Source: Sphaerodactylus townsendi (Eukaryota). From it: a stretch of 64,000 nt of DNA. Location: NCBI RefSeq assembly GCF_021028975.2, contig NC_059427.1, forward strand, positions 72,106,001-72,170,000. The letters run 5' to 3'. Shown here piece by piece: positions 1 through 13,700 of this stretch (the first letter of the stretch is position 1; each line of letters begins with the position of its first letter). A model generated the notes under the pieces. The model did no database searches, was not told the origin of the DNA, and saw only the letters and a list, made by a program, of their open reading frames with translations. Both the position numbers and the translations under genes were made by a program.

Positions 1-379
1 TGGTCCAAGATCACCCTTCATCAGGGCGCACTCTGTGTTTTCTGCCCCCCTCATGCCCCCACCCCCCACTTACCTTTTCTAGCCAGCAAAAAACAGCTTT
101 CTGCTGGCTGAAAACAGGCCAGGCTGCTGGGGTGGGGCCAGGCCTGGTGAGGCAGGGTGGAAGGGGGTCGGTGTGATTTTCACGCTCCCCAGACAAACGC
201 TCAGTTCAATGCGCCCCCTTCCCCCTTGTAGTTCCACCACTGGGCTTCATATGGAGGAGAAGGGAAAACAAACCCTGTTCAACAGATCAGGATCCACGCC
301 TTATGTGGAGGAGTGAGGAACCAAACACAGTTCTCCAGATTCAAGTCCACCACTCGTAACCACTGCACCATGCTGGAGC

Positions 380-1310
380 AGGTGATCCTTACAACGTGTT
401 GATCCAAAACCATATACAGCTTTAATGGTCAAAACCAACACCTTGAACTGGGACTGGGGAAAAAAAATTAAGCTAGTGCATAAGGACCAAGACCGGATTA
501 ATACAGTCTATATGTCCCATGCCAATTAGCATCCTGGCTACAGCGTTTTGTGCTAACTGAAACTTCCCAAGGCTTTTCAAAGTGACTGCAGTAATGTAAT
601 CTAGAAGTTACCACGGCATGAACCACGGTGGCCAGATCTTTCCTGCACAGGAAAGGTCACAGGTGGTTCACAAGCAGAAGCTGGTGAAAGGCACTCTTGG
701 GCATGAAGGCCACCAGCTTATCCACCAGCATGTCCAAGTCCAACAGAAGCCCAAACTGTAGGCCAGTTCCTTCAAGGGAAGCGAAGCCCTATCCATAGCA
801 AGAGATAACATTAAATCTTAGATCAGTCTATCATTCAACCTGTAACACTTCCATCTTGCTGGAATTCAGCTTCAGTTTATTAGTCCCAAATCTGGCACCA
901 GTTTCCTTAGCCTTCCTGGGGTTAGCTGGAAGCATGAGAAATGGGCATCAGCTACATGTCTGTGACAACCAAGCCAAAATCTTGGATAACCTCATTCAAT
1001 GGCTTCATAAAAATGATGAAGAGCACAATAGGTAAGGTGCAACCCTGCAGTACTCCATAAACCAAAGGCTAAGGAGTCAAGCAGGATTCACCTTCTGACA
1101 CCTAGTCTTGAGGTAAGTCTGGAGCCACAGCAAAACAGTGCATCCCAGCCATATGGTCAATGGTATTAAAAGCTGCTGAGAGATCCAGAAGGATTTATAG
1201 GACTGCATTCCCACTGTCCTTATCCCAATACAGATGATCTGTCATGGGGACCATCATGTCCCATATCCAGGCCTGAAACTAGATTGAAAAGGCTTTCAAA
1301 ATACTGACAG
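380..1310 (-). mobile_element. Degraded L2 LINE fragment
   Basis: Minus strand encodes LDLSAAFNTIDH (~1153-1188) and FQSSFRPGYG (~1260-1290), L2/CR1-group RT motifs. Confidence 0.7.
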
Positions 1311-4300
1311 AATAGCATGTCTCTTAGGATTATGCAGGGAGTTAAGACTGCATAAGGCGGAATCCATTTTAAACTCTAAGAACTACTGGGTTCCCTGATG
1401 TAGAGCTCCATCTTTTCACACAAACCACTGTATAAAAGGTGAATGTGAATTCTATTCCCAGCTGCACCTGTAGTGCTACTATGCTGTTCTAACTAATTTC
1501 AGGAACAGCAACTCTGCAGAATCAAAAGGGACTCTGGACCAAAAAGAATCAGACAGCACATGCTTCATAGTCCTCTAGTTCATTCCTTTAAAATTAAATT
1601 TTGTTATAGGAGCACACTGCCTTCGGTTTCCAATTAGTCAACCTAACTAGGTTACAGGAGTAGATTTAAAAGGGTTTTGGTCCCTTTTTACCACTGATTA
1701 CCACTGACCTTGATAGGAGAACATATCCAAAAAGGATAAAAGGAACATTTTACATTCAGTATCAGTAGCTAGGATACAAGGCTGGTAGAACACTGGCACA
1801 CAAGATAGAAATTGCGAGAGAAATGGAAGGCTACAGAGTAAGATTTTTTTTAAACAGGAAAGATGGTAAGGCAGCTAAAGGAAAAAATCTGGGGTCCGGA
1901 AGACAGGGAATCAAAATCTGTCCCTGCTCCTTGCGGTTGTATCTGCTGCAAGTGCAAACATGAATGATATACTGAACACCAAGGAAAGTTATCAGCATTG
2001 TGTAGATTCTCCCTTCTAATACACACACTTTCCTCATCCTCCCTGTCTGTAACAAAGTGACCCCTCTAATATACATACCACAATGGTAAAAAGCAATCTG
2101 CCTCTCTTTTGTTGAGAAGAAATAACCACAAAGTCTAATGCTAATGTGGGGCACATCCGAATGTGGAGACATGCTACAACATACTTCCATGCTACTCCTG
2201 TAGTCAACATGTGTGTATATGATTAGACCATGCTTGCTCTTCACCTGACTTTGTTTGTCCACATCACAGGCTAACAATTTCAGGACCAGCACAATAAAAC
2301 AAACTACATAAGCTGATTTCTAAATCTCATGACAAAATATGGTTCCCTAGCGAAACAGTTAGCAAGATATCTTTAGACAGGAAAGGTTCCAATTTCTCCT
2401 TCTGGCACCAAATCCATTCTTCTTTAGATTTTTGTGTTTTTTTTCTGCAGATCCAAAATTGTCTCCCTATACTGTGACAAAAATAAAACGTGTTCCAAAT
2501 TCTGTTAAAAGCATTTCCCAAACATGGTGAGCAACGAGTTAAGCAAGTTAGCCATATAATTTGACATTCACCCACAGAAAAAAGCTGAGCACCCAATATG
2601 CAAACTGCTCCTTTGTTAGGTGCATGGTTAAGAAGTTAAGAGAAGAACTCTAGTGCTATGTTCAGCAATGAACTGAACAGTTGTCTGAGTGGGTCTCTGA
2701 CTCTTCTAGCATTAAAAAGCCAGTTACCTTTTATCACTAGAAGTCAGAGCTGGTCATGTGTACAACCTCTATAATTCTGGCATGAAGACTGCACACACAA
2801 TGCTCTCCCTCTTTTAGAACTGGAGCAATTACTCCTTTGATGGTAGAAGAGACAGACAGACATAGCACGAACAATGCATTTGCTGAAAACACAGCTACAC
2901 TATGAAGACTACACAAATGGGTCTCTTACACTGTTTCATAGCAAAACACTAGAAAAGAGGGAGAAGCAGGGGTAGGAGGAGCAGGAGCAGGAGCAGCAGA
3001 AAAGAACAAAGCAGCAGACAGACAGCCCCCCCCCCCTCCAAATTATTTCCATAGATGAAGTAAATGGAGGGAGCATTTTCTCATGTGTTTAATTTATTCC
3101 AATCATGAAATCTGGCTTTCCTAGTAGCAAGATAAGATTGACTAACTGCCTCATGCTAAACACCTGCTAATATCATAGTCTGTTTATGCGATCAAGTATG
3201 TCAAATTCCAATTTCACTTGCCACCTGAAGCTGGACTTCCATCTACCAGCACCCTACTCATACCTATTCCATATTTTAAATTAACAGTTGACTCTTGCAA
3301 CTCTTTTATTAACTTCTAACCTGCTTCCTCTACTACTATGACAAAGATTTAGCCTCCCAAGATCAAAACAATGATCGATGCTCTGGCTCAGAACTTTCAC
3401 TTTTGACAGTGGCCAGCCTAGATGGCACAAGGAAGTTCAGAAGCAGAACATGATGGCAGTATCTTTCCCTATATGCCCTAAGAACCCTGCCAGCAGACAT
3501 ACTAAAGCATGTCTAAATACAGATGCTGAACTTTAGCCTATGGTGGCTACTAACCAACTAATCTTCTACCCATTTACCTTCATCACCACATTGTGAAACA
3601 TTCCATAAATTATGTGATATGTCTCCAATCTTAGGCAGGCTCCAGATGATTACTGTTGATTTAAAAAGGCAATCTATTCCCATCTTGTCACTACTATGGC
3701 ACTAGCCCTGGTCAAAAATCAGTTGCTTGATAAGCATCCATTGTAATGGAGTAAATAAAAGGGGAGAAAATGCCCATTTACACCTCCTGTAGTTTCTAAC
3801 TCTAAAAGGTAGCTGCTTTTCCTAATCCAAAGCGACTAACGGTCTATATAATTCCTTCCCTGAGGGAAAAAAAGTGTCATTGCAGGGAATTGCTGAGCAG
3901 TGCAGGTAGTCTGGCTCTCATGGCTTGAATGTACAGGCATACATGCATCCTTTACTGTGATGATTTATTTCAAATTCTAAATCTGTTCTGGTCACAGGAA
4001 AGCAGAGGAAAGGGAGATGGATAATAGAAAAAGAGTTATTTATCGTGAGTGCTATCAAATAGATTGCCCATAATTGTTACAGAAAATACATAGACATCTT
4101 CTGCAGGGCTAGTTTTCCAGGGCACAGACTGATATATAGTAAGATGGGAACTTGCACTTGTCTAGAGTTTGTCTGTCTTAAGTTCTTTCAACAACAGATT
4201 CATCATTCCATAAGCTGCTTTTGAACCTCTCCTCAATTTCAAGTAGAAGTTTGCCATGCAGCACTGGCACATATGGGCAGATACTTCTCTCAGGAAAGAA

Positions 4301-4437
4301 CTGTTCTAAAATTTAGTTCATGGTTTGCTGAATCCTGACCTAAGATAAGAGCAGCTTACAACACAGTGCCAGAAGTCCATCAACCAAAGAGATTTACAGT
4401 TGAAGAGAAATATGAAGGTACTTCTAAAACTACCCTA

Positions 4438-4548
<111 letters not shown>

Positions 4549-5894
4549 TTATCATGGAGGCCTGGCACAGAACCCCTTGTGAGTCACTCCAGCTTCTGTC
4601 TCCTGCCACCCTTCTGCCTCCCTCAGCAAGTCCAGCCGTGTTCAAGCATCATCATTCTCATCAGCTGCTACACCTACTAAGCTGTTGTCTTCATCATACG
4701 TGAGCCATGTTCCATGACATCCTCAGGAACCCTGCAACACACAGGCATTTAATATGTGGCATACTACATTTCCTGCAAGCTACATCTCTCTAGAGCTGAT
4801 GTTCAAAAACAGAAATATACAGTGCTAGCTTTCTTATGCAATAAGAAATATCTGAGAAACCAACCAAGCTTATTTTGTCCTCCTAATTAAAATTCCCTGG
4901 GCAATGATGAAAGAGCAAAATTAAATAGCATTAACAGCCCAGTCCTACAGGGGAAGGGTGGGGGAAATGGGCCAATTCAGCTGGTGCAGGTCATTTGCCC
5001 CATATCCTGTCATTTAAGGGCACCCAGTTCATTTGCCCCCTCTGCTGATATTACGGTCACCCCCGCCTGCAGAGAGAACAACAACAGAACCATTCAGGAT
5101 CTCCACTATTCTGCTGCAGCAAAACCCAGAAGTGGGTGCCACTTCAGAGTTTCACTGGGGTCTGAGTGGACGCTGGTATGGGGGGGGGGCACATTCCCAG
5201 GGGTGCAACCACCTATATTCGGCTTCCTCCTGGGCTTTCAAACCAGGAACACTATGACCAGGGCCTCAGACTAACGCAATTCAGCCCTATAGAAGGTTTT
5301 CCAGGTAGCTGGGTTTTTTTTCTGTTTTGCAGCCTCCACATGCTACCCAAAAACCCTTTGGAGGCAATGTGGCGGTGGACCCATCCCCAGCCACCACAGT
5401 CTCTGGATTGGGCTGTAAGTATACATGAGGCTCAGCATTTGATTATTTCCTTCATAACTGGACAATTCAGATCTCCTTGTACAAGTTCACAGATGTTCCT
5501 ACTCATCTCCAGAGGCCTTACTGTTAAGAAATCTAAGCAGTATACTCTTTCCCTATCTCCACACCATTATATTACCCTAACTGTCCAGAGAAGTAGGCTA
5601 TGCAGAGAAATTACAACTGGCCCAGTGTCATCCAGTGAGCTTTGCAAGTGTGTGGAGTCCTGAATCCAAGTTCAACACTCTATCCATCACACTGGTTAAT
5701 CAATTCTCCCTTTCCACATGTTGCGTGCCTATTTCATTTCAGAAGCCCCTTGAACTCCCAATCCTATGACTGCTTTCTGAGGGCTCAGGCCCAAGAAGCA
5801 GGACAACATTCCCACCTGTACTATTTATTCCTTAATAGGGACCAGTATCTCTTTCCCCCTAATACCCAAGGGGGCACAGATAGAACCATGGGGA

Positions 5895-6035
5895 CAGTTC
5901 TACTGCACGTGCAAAATAATGCGTTTTCAAACCACTTTCACAACTGTTTGCAAGTGGATTTTGCCATTTCGCACAGCTTCAAAGAGCACTGAAAGCAGTC
6001 TGAAAGTGCATTATTCTGCATGTGCGGAATGAGCC
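5895..6035. mobile_element. MITE-like element with imperfect terminal inverted repeats
   Basis: CTGCACGTGCAAAATAATGC ... GCATTATTCTGCATGTGCGG inverted arms. Confidence 0.5.
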
Positions 6036-8979
6036 TAGCAAAAGCTTCTTCACAGGCACAATGAGAAGAGGGAGAAAGTAGGAGCACCAAGGGGGGAAGT
6101 ATCAGCATTTGAGTTCCATGTTAAACAAAGAACTCTTCAGCCTCTGAACTTTCATAGCATTCTGATCCCTTTGCTTCTTTCATTACATTCTAAAGACAGC
6201 CCACTTGTCTTACAATCTGAACTGTGCCCACTCAGATGCTTTTTCAGCTATGGTCCATTCACATCAAAAGCACTTCAGTACTACAGAATTATTTAATACT
6301 GTTTTTCCGTAGTCTGTTAAGGACCAACTGGAATGGTCCTTTCTGTTCAAACACTCCACAAATATACTGAAGTCTGGCCCTTTAATTAAAGATACAACGT
6401 CCCCAGATAAGAATGTATAAAATATTGTGACTAGGTCTGAATCAGAATCATGGCCAATTATCTCCAACTTCCAGCTAGTCAACATTCAGTACTTCAGAGG
6501 AAATACTGACTATGATTATTTGTTTGATAATTTGATTATTCCTGGTTTCACTTCTCTTGATCTGCACAAAATCTCAGCATCAGATTATCTACAACTTCAA
6601 CAGCAAACATTCTAGATCTTTATTACTCATAAAATTCTACTTCAAAGGTCTGAGATTCCAAGGCATCTTCTCATAAATTGTTAATTTGCCCTTTTTATTG
6701 ACATCTCATTCTTGTACAAGTTAGAATACCTCCTAACTTCTTTTCCAAAGTAAGAACAAACGTATCAAGGTGTGTTTTTCTTAGTCAAAAGCTTCACTAG
6801 AGACAGAAATGCAAACAGACAGACAAAATGAAGGCACCCTGCTAACAAAACTGATTCTTAACCTAGGGAAGACAGATTAATAAGAATAATTTTTATTTAG
6901 TAATTAATTTAGCAATTAATTCATCTGATATTGCAATTATTAATTAATGTTATCTCCAGAGGAAATCTTTAACTAACTATGATTTCCATTTTGCAAATAT
7001 ACAATTTAGTCAAAGAAATATGGACTTATTCAAGACTACCCAGAAAGTCTGGCTAAAAAAACTGTTTTGAACTCAAGAATGTTTAAATCTAGAGTCAGAT
7101 CCTGATTACTAAGTTTGCAATTTGAGAAATCCTTCCCAATTCTAAACGCCTAACATTTATTAAGAGTCTTATAAATACCTCCTTTCACTAGTGTAATCCA
7201 TTTTCTGAAATTCAAAAGTCTGTTAGCAAATTTGGGCAAACTATTATTTTTCTACATAAATATACATTCAGCATTGACTTTTGTATTCACAAAAAGTAAC
7301 TAGAGAACTTGTCCTAAGACTACAGGGGAAAGACTACAATCAAGCAAGGCCTGAGAAAATGAGTAAAACAAGGTGGGCTGGGGGAGGGGGGGGGAAGAGA
7401 AAAGGAGTGAGTTCACAATGAACCAAGTGGCATTTATTTGAGATGAAAGGCACTGGTGATTTACCACAATGGGGGAAAGAGCTTGGCAACCCATGGCTTT
7501 ATTAGTATTACCAGTTTAATGAAAAAAATATTGGAATATTTCAATGACAAAAATTCCAGATTCAGCAATGTTGTACAAAAGAGAAATGCCATTTGAGAGT
7601 CATTTAACAAGCTTAAATATGTTTGCTCACATTCATTCTTGACTACCTCTGTATCCCTCTCTCTATTGTCTGTTATAGATTGTAAGCTCCTTAGGGACCG
7701 GGACTGTTTTTTTTTTAAATTCTATAAACTATGAACATTGATGGTATATGTAATAAATCATCCTTGTTTACAAAAACTACTTCACAAGGATATGCACAAG
7801 GATGCTCAAATTGTTTCCCTACATTCTAATCATAAATCTAATTCCCATAGGAATAACTTTTCTACTTCTATGAGTGACCAATCCTTACTCTTTCATTGGC
7901 AGTTTAATTTATGTACCTAAGATTTGGATTCTCTCAGTACTCTGTATACACTCTTATCTAGATAACTTCTACTATCAACAATTTCCCATTTCCCCCCAAA
8001 ATGGTAATCCTGAATATGTTTTCATGTCATACAGAGTACTGGACTCAGATCCAAAAGACTTGAAATTGAAAACCATGCTCAGCCATGAAACTTCTTGGGT
8101 GGCCTTGGATAAGTACTATCTCTTCACTACACCCTAACTGGCAGGACTGTTGTGAGCATAAAATGAGATAAAAGATGTAAGGTAACTCACCCTAAACCCT
8201 GAGGATAGGGGAGAAATCTATAGGAATAGTCACAAGCAAGCCTCATGTAATAAGCTAAATATTTTGTGGTTATTCTCCACTAGCAGGCATGTTGCTAAAT
8301 TATGCTCGCCCTTTGTTTCCTGCCCTTAGGCAACTGGTTACAGTACTTTGCATCTTGTTCCACTCCTACTTTCTTTAACTACTTCAGGCCACATGCCTTT
8401 AGAAAGCCCAGCTAAATCAAACGCCTTGACCAGATACCTTTTAAAAGAAATTCGGATTATTCCAAAAGGCAATCTTCCTCTCCAAACCCACAGCATGTCA
8501 CAAATACTCAGTTCTTTCACCTCAAGTTACCCATTTACCAAACACAAAAATACAGGCAGGCTTGAAGCAACTAGGAAACCTCCAGCCGCTCTGCCCAGAC
8601 ACACAGCGCAAGCCTCCATGACATGATTTTCCCATGCAGGGAGATTAAACTGCGTTTTAAGAATGGGTCTCCACAACCTAGTTTTAGGAATGCATCCACA
8701 GGGGACGCAATACTTAACAAAGCATAGCCATCCCATCCTCCACCGAGGGAGCCACTTCCCCACTTCCCCATGAAGGCCCTCCATTCCACCCCAATTCTCA
8801 CACAGAGACATTCGCACACAAGAGCGCACCACCGAAACCGACATGCTGTCTGCAAACGCCAACATTACTCCCATCGACCCAGTAAATCCAAACCCCCATA
8901 AACAAAACAGCTTCAGCGTTATCATTCCCTCCACCTTACATGGGCTACCTTAGGAAAGACAAATCACAAAGACAGCCCC

Positions 8980-9700
8980 CCCCCCCCCGAAGATGCCAGA
9001 ATGCCACCTCAACTGGCACCACCGAAATCCCTATTACACCCCCCGAAATATTGCATTACACACCCGCATACACCCAGCTGCACAGCCCCCTCCACCGCAT
9101 ACCCCCTTTTCCGGTACCCACCGCGCCAGTAGGTCGTGGCGGCGGCTCCAGCAGTTGTGCGCCCCGAACGGTCTTGCAACCTGCCCCCCCCCCTCCCTCA
9201 CTGCTGAACACCCCCGGGACCGACCATCCGCCGAGGGGGAGATTCCAGAGCACCAGCCCCACCACCCACCACTGTCCTCCTCCACCCCGGCGGCCCGGGC
9301 ACCAGCCCCACCACCCCCCGCAGGAGCCTCCGCTCCCCGCCTTCGGTAGAGAGTGGACCGATCCGCTGAGCCCAAACCACCCACACAAAAAAGGGGGGGA
9401 TCAGATCGTGCAAAAATGACCTACGAGCCTGCTCGATAAAGGGAGGTAGGCATCTACTGACCCACCCCACCCAGCCATTCGCCTTGCAACACCATAGGGT
9501 CTGATCTTCTCACGATTTTGGATATTGCCCCACCACTACACTATTTTTCTCCCCTTCCATGGCCCATACCACGTAGAAAAGCATGACGGGAGATGTAGTT
9601 CGACGTGGGTCTCTTAGGGAACGGTATTTGTGTGTGTGTTTCCCCTCACCCCTTCACCCCCACCCCTTTCATTTCGCGGCCAGGAAGCATTTTTAACTCT
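8980..9700 (-). promoter_or_regulatory. FAM53C: CpG-island promoter and probable non-coding first exon of FAM53C
   Basis: GC/CpG-rich block upstream of the FAM53C coding exon; candidate donor TGG|GTCAGT on the minus strand at 9461-9460. Confidence 0.7.
9581..9600 (-). promoter_or_regulatory. ZNF143 (Staf/SBS) motif with ACTACA extension
   Basis: Minus strand AACTACATCTCCCGTCATGC fits the ACTACAnnTCCCAnnATGC promoter motif; lies at the upstream edge of the CpG island. Confidence 0.7.
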
Positions 9701-10176
9701 GCGGAGTACTTAATGTAAGCCAGATGCGGTCACAACCTACACTTTCAGGAACAAGGCCCAGCCATATACAATGGAACAATATATTTACATTAATGTGTTA
9801 CTAGATTTTCTAGTGCCCCTCTTTATTAAGTAGCTTTCAGACATCTGAAGGAAAACTTAAACAATCAATGAGCCTCACTTTGAGGCTCAGATGGGCTTTT
9901 TGCACAAAACAAAGTGGGTAACCATATGGGACAAGAATGAGCAACTAGTGGCAAAGGTATGCTAAAGCTCCATGCAGTGTAACTGAAGGAAAGCAACTAA
10001 ACATATTGATCTTTGTTTCTCCAGCTAGCCAAGGATTCACTTGAAATCACAAGTATACAGAGTGGAATACACTGTAAGAAAGGCTAGTTAGGAAAGCCCA
10101 AGTATAGCCTTGAGGCCTTACTTATTAGATGCTTCATGCTTAATCACAATTCTTGGCTACTCACCACAGCTTCAAT

Positions 10177-10192
10177 TTTATTTGTATTTATT
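10177..10192 (-). terminator. Tandem AATAAA poly(A) signals, probable SLBP2 3' end
   Basis: Two TTTATT hexamers on + (10177-10182, 10187-10192), ~520 nt past the predicted stop. Confidence 0.5.
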
Positions 10193-10712
10193 CTGTATTT
10201 GACATAAGCTTTGACAGATATAAGCTTTGCTTCTTACCACTGCACACCCCCTTCACTTCATACCATCAAGCTTACATCCATGTCTGAATGTTAACATGGC
10301 CATTGCCTGCCCAAGCAATCAAAAGCCAAATATAATGCTTTTTTTATCAGCTGCTTTTAGTGGGGCCAATATGACAAGCAGAGATACTCTTCTTTCCCAA
10401 AGTAGTTCAGGCACACTGTTTATCGTTTATTGCTCAAATCACACACTTTAACAATGCAAGAGTCTGCAAGAACTATTTACATTCTGTAATACCACTGCCC
10501 ATCGACCCAAACCCATACCCCCTAGAATAGAAATGTGACCAACAAAAGCCAATTAGATGGCTAACCAGGTAGTGACTCCATGTATACGAAGACTGGCAAA
10601 GAGACACTGAGTACCAAGACAGCTTGTACAGATAGGCTAGATCTCGCAACAGTCTTAAGGATGTCAGACAGAGACATAAGTGGGGCACAGACATAAAAGG
10701 CTTATGCTTGAT

Positions 10713-13700
10713 TCAGGTCTTTCCCTCATGTAAACAGTGCCTTCTCAAGGGTGTCAAGCTCCTCCACATTCTCAAGACATCACAGCCATATTCGGGGAAG
10801 AGTGGATAGTCTTCTGTGTCTTCAGCAAAGTTCGCCACATAAGAGTGATCATTCTCACATAGCCATGGAATAAAGTAACCAGAAGCTGATGATCTGGCAA
10901 CCTAAAAAAATACAATATGAATGAAATTCTTAAGTTATTTGTCCTAGTAACTGACATCAAAGGAGTTGCTGTTCTTTCAATTCCTTCATAATATAAATTT
11001 CAATGGGATCTCTGGTCTTCGAGTCTAGAACTCCCAAAGTTTGACTTAACCCCCAATATATATATATATAATTTTTAAACTAAAATCTTCTAGTCATCTG
11101 AACTATTCCAAAGTCAGAAGAGATGTTAAAGACAATTTGAATTCAACTTACTCGAATGTGCATGCCCACTGCTAGCCATTGCTTATGTTACCCAAACAGA
11201 GTTAAATACCTGTTTGCCTAAGATTTCTTCACATGGATTTTCTAGCATCTCTTGGGTACCAAAGGAGTCATTTGAGAAGATAAGCAGAGGACTCTTCCCG
11301 GTCATCAGCTCCTGCCTTTGCAAACCAAGAACACTTTGATTCAAATTGGATAGGGAAGCAGATAGTATCAAATAGTTTTATATCCAAGCAGGAAACCAAG
11401 AAATACACAATGAGGGGTAAAGTTTTTACCATGATAATAAACAAGCTCAAATCTTTCAGTTTCTGGAAGATTCATTCGGGAGCCATTTAGCTTCAGTTCA
11501 AAACAGCCGAAAATTATTTATACTTTCCTGCATACCTGCATCTCCATTTCCTTTCCACCTACAAGATAACTATACCAAATTTCACTATTCCCATGTCACT
11601 GATTACAAAATATTACCAAGCTCTGATGGGCAAAGGAACTGTTTCTCATTGAACAGAGACAGCTCTGTTGACAATTAACTGGGTCTCCATGATAAGGAGT
11701 AATAGGGAAAAAGCATATTTAGACTAGGTCAGTTATCCCCAAACCATGTGTCATGATTGCTTCATAAATGGATCACCAAGATACTGGCAATGGATGTTGC
11801 ACAATAAGGTACTTCCAAATATAGAGCCCAGATTAAAAGTGCATCTTTCAACAAGAGGTTTCATTCACCAAGGCAGAATGTTTGGGGAGAACTATAGACT
11901 GACGATACATGTCCCACAGTTGTGCCCCTACCCTCTCTTTCTACTCTAGCCCTTCAAATTGGTCAGATGAAACCAAGAAAAACTGATAAACACTTCCCTC
12001 TCAGGTTCTGTATTCAGTCCAGGTGGGTCCCAGGCATGCAGTGCCCGTCGCCATAGCTTAATCTGCATGTCCCAGGAACGACGACTGAACTTCTTATGCT
12101 TATTTGGAGTACGTGGGTGAATACCTGACTGCCGAGAAGCTCTGAAATGAAGCACAAAAATGTATCAGGTTCTGCTACTCAGGCTACCTTCAAGCAGTAG
12201 TAAGATTTTCGAAAACAGCAATGCAAGTAGACATTCCCCTAGTGGCTCACCAGCAGTGGTGGGATTCAAATAATTTAACAACTGATTGTTTACAAGGCAC
12301 CATTTTAACAACTGGTTCTGCCGAAGTGGTGCGAACCTGCTGAATCCCACCACTGCTCACCAGGATAAGATAAAATAAACATGTGAGATATCCAAAATCA
12401 TGGGGTACAATTACAAAAGTGTCTAATCAGCACAGGTTGGATGACTTCTAGGTGAAGAGCCAGTCTCTAGATAATAATCTATGAGGCAAGAAGCAGGTAT
12501 CACTTACTTAGGAACCTGCTGGACAAAGTGTTGGTAGCCAGTGGTGTTTTTGCCATAATCTATCTGCTTCTGCCTCCTTAGCAAGACAGCCTCATCAGTC
12601 TCCTCATCAGCTCTGCAGAGGACAGACAAGAGAATGCTGAAGACAGCAAAAAGGCAAGCATCTGACCAACTAGAGCTGCTGCCCCAAGAAAACTCACCTG
12701 AATCCTGGGCATGATTTTCTTGGCCTATATGGCCTTGTACCTACACCCACACTGACCATCTGCTTTTCAAGATATAAGGTCTGGGATGATGATGTCCTAT
12801 TCACAAGAAAATGTGGTTTTGAATACTGAACATGCAAACCCATCTGACATTTGTAAAAGGATCATATAATGCTTATCGTAGCACAGCTGCTACTTTTCTG
12901 ATCTGTACATTCTAATATATTGTAATTCTGAAATAAAGTAAAGCATAACTTTTGTTTTGTTTTTTTGCAATCCAGAGCTATGGACAAGGCCACAGAACAC
13001 AAACTGCTAAAACAGATGTCCATTGGTTTTTCTCTAGGAGACTAACAGTTGGAACTCAGCAGCAAGGCAATTGAAGATCCAGTTCAAGGTCAAAACAGAG
13101 GCATTTAACACACCATGAAGATGCCTCATACAGCACTGAGATCAAATTTAATTTTATGCCAACTGAAACACATTGAACTGCTGCCTTTAAATATACTCGA
13201 AAACTATGCAAGATAATTACAGAGGATAGGATTTTTATGGAATTACTACATTACTACAAGCATGTGCTTATACTTCACTTTTTCTCCTTAGAGAAAATTT
13301 ACCTCTCAATATATGGACAAGCATTTCCCCCATCTGATTGCAGCCTCTGCCATTAGAAACCCTTCACTTTTGCAGAGGACAATAAATAATGAAGTGCTTC
13401 CATGGTTTCTTTTGCGTTATGTTCTTAGTGGCAGCAATTTCCAAAGGAGGTAAAAGTTGCTCCCAACATATTCTCCAAACCTGTTCTCCATGTATAAGGT
13501 GGATTTCTTACTAGGTTGCTCCCTTATACATTGGAGGCACAATGATACAGGGGGGTGGGATCTATAAAAAACTGCATTCGGGTAATCCAAAATCATGAAA
13601 AACAAAGAGTTGGGAAAGACAGGAATCATTTTTCAGTGATTTAAGGCACACTCACTATCATTCTTTATTAAATTCCTTAGACTTCTCATGGTATAACACA

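Noticed and set aside
8527-8934. ORF starting MEGMITLKLF, reminiscent of the FAM53C start MITL
   Set aside because: Similarity ends after four residues; the real start exon is at 4545.
8940-9470. Overlapping Pro/Gly-rich ORFs of 90-159 aa on both strands
   Set aside because: By-product of the stop-poor CpG island; no recognisable domain.
9869-9889. 9-bp hairpin TGAGCCTCA-CTT-TGAGGCTCA downstream of SLBP2 as a possible autoregulatory stem-loop
   Set aside because: Wrong stem and loop for SLBP binding and beyond the likely poly(A) signals.
13282-13345. Candidate extra SLBP2 exon ending AG|GTAAAT
   Set aside because: Good donor but no convincing acceptor; the model stays in frame without it.
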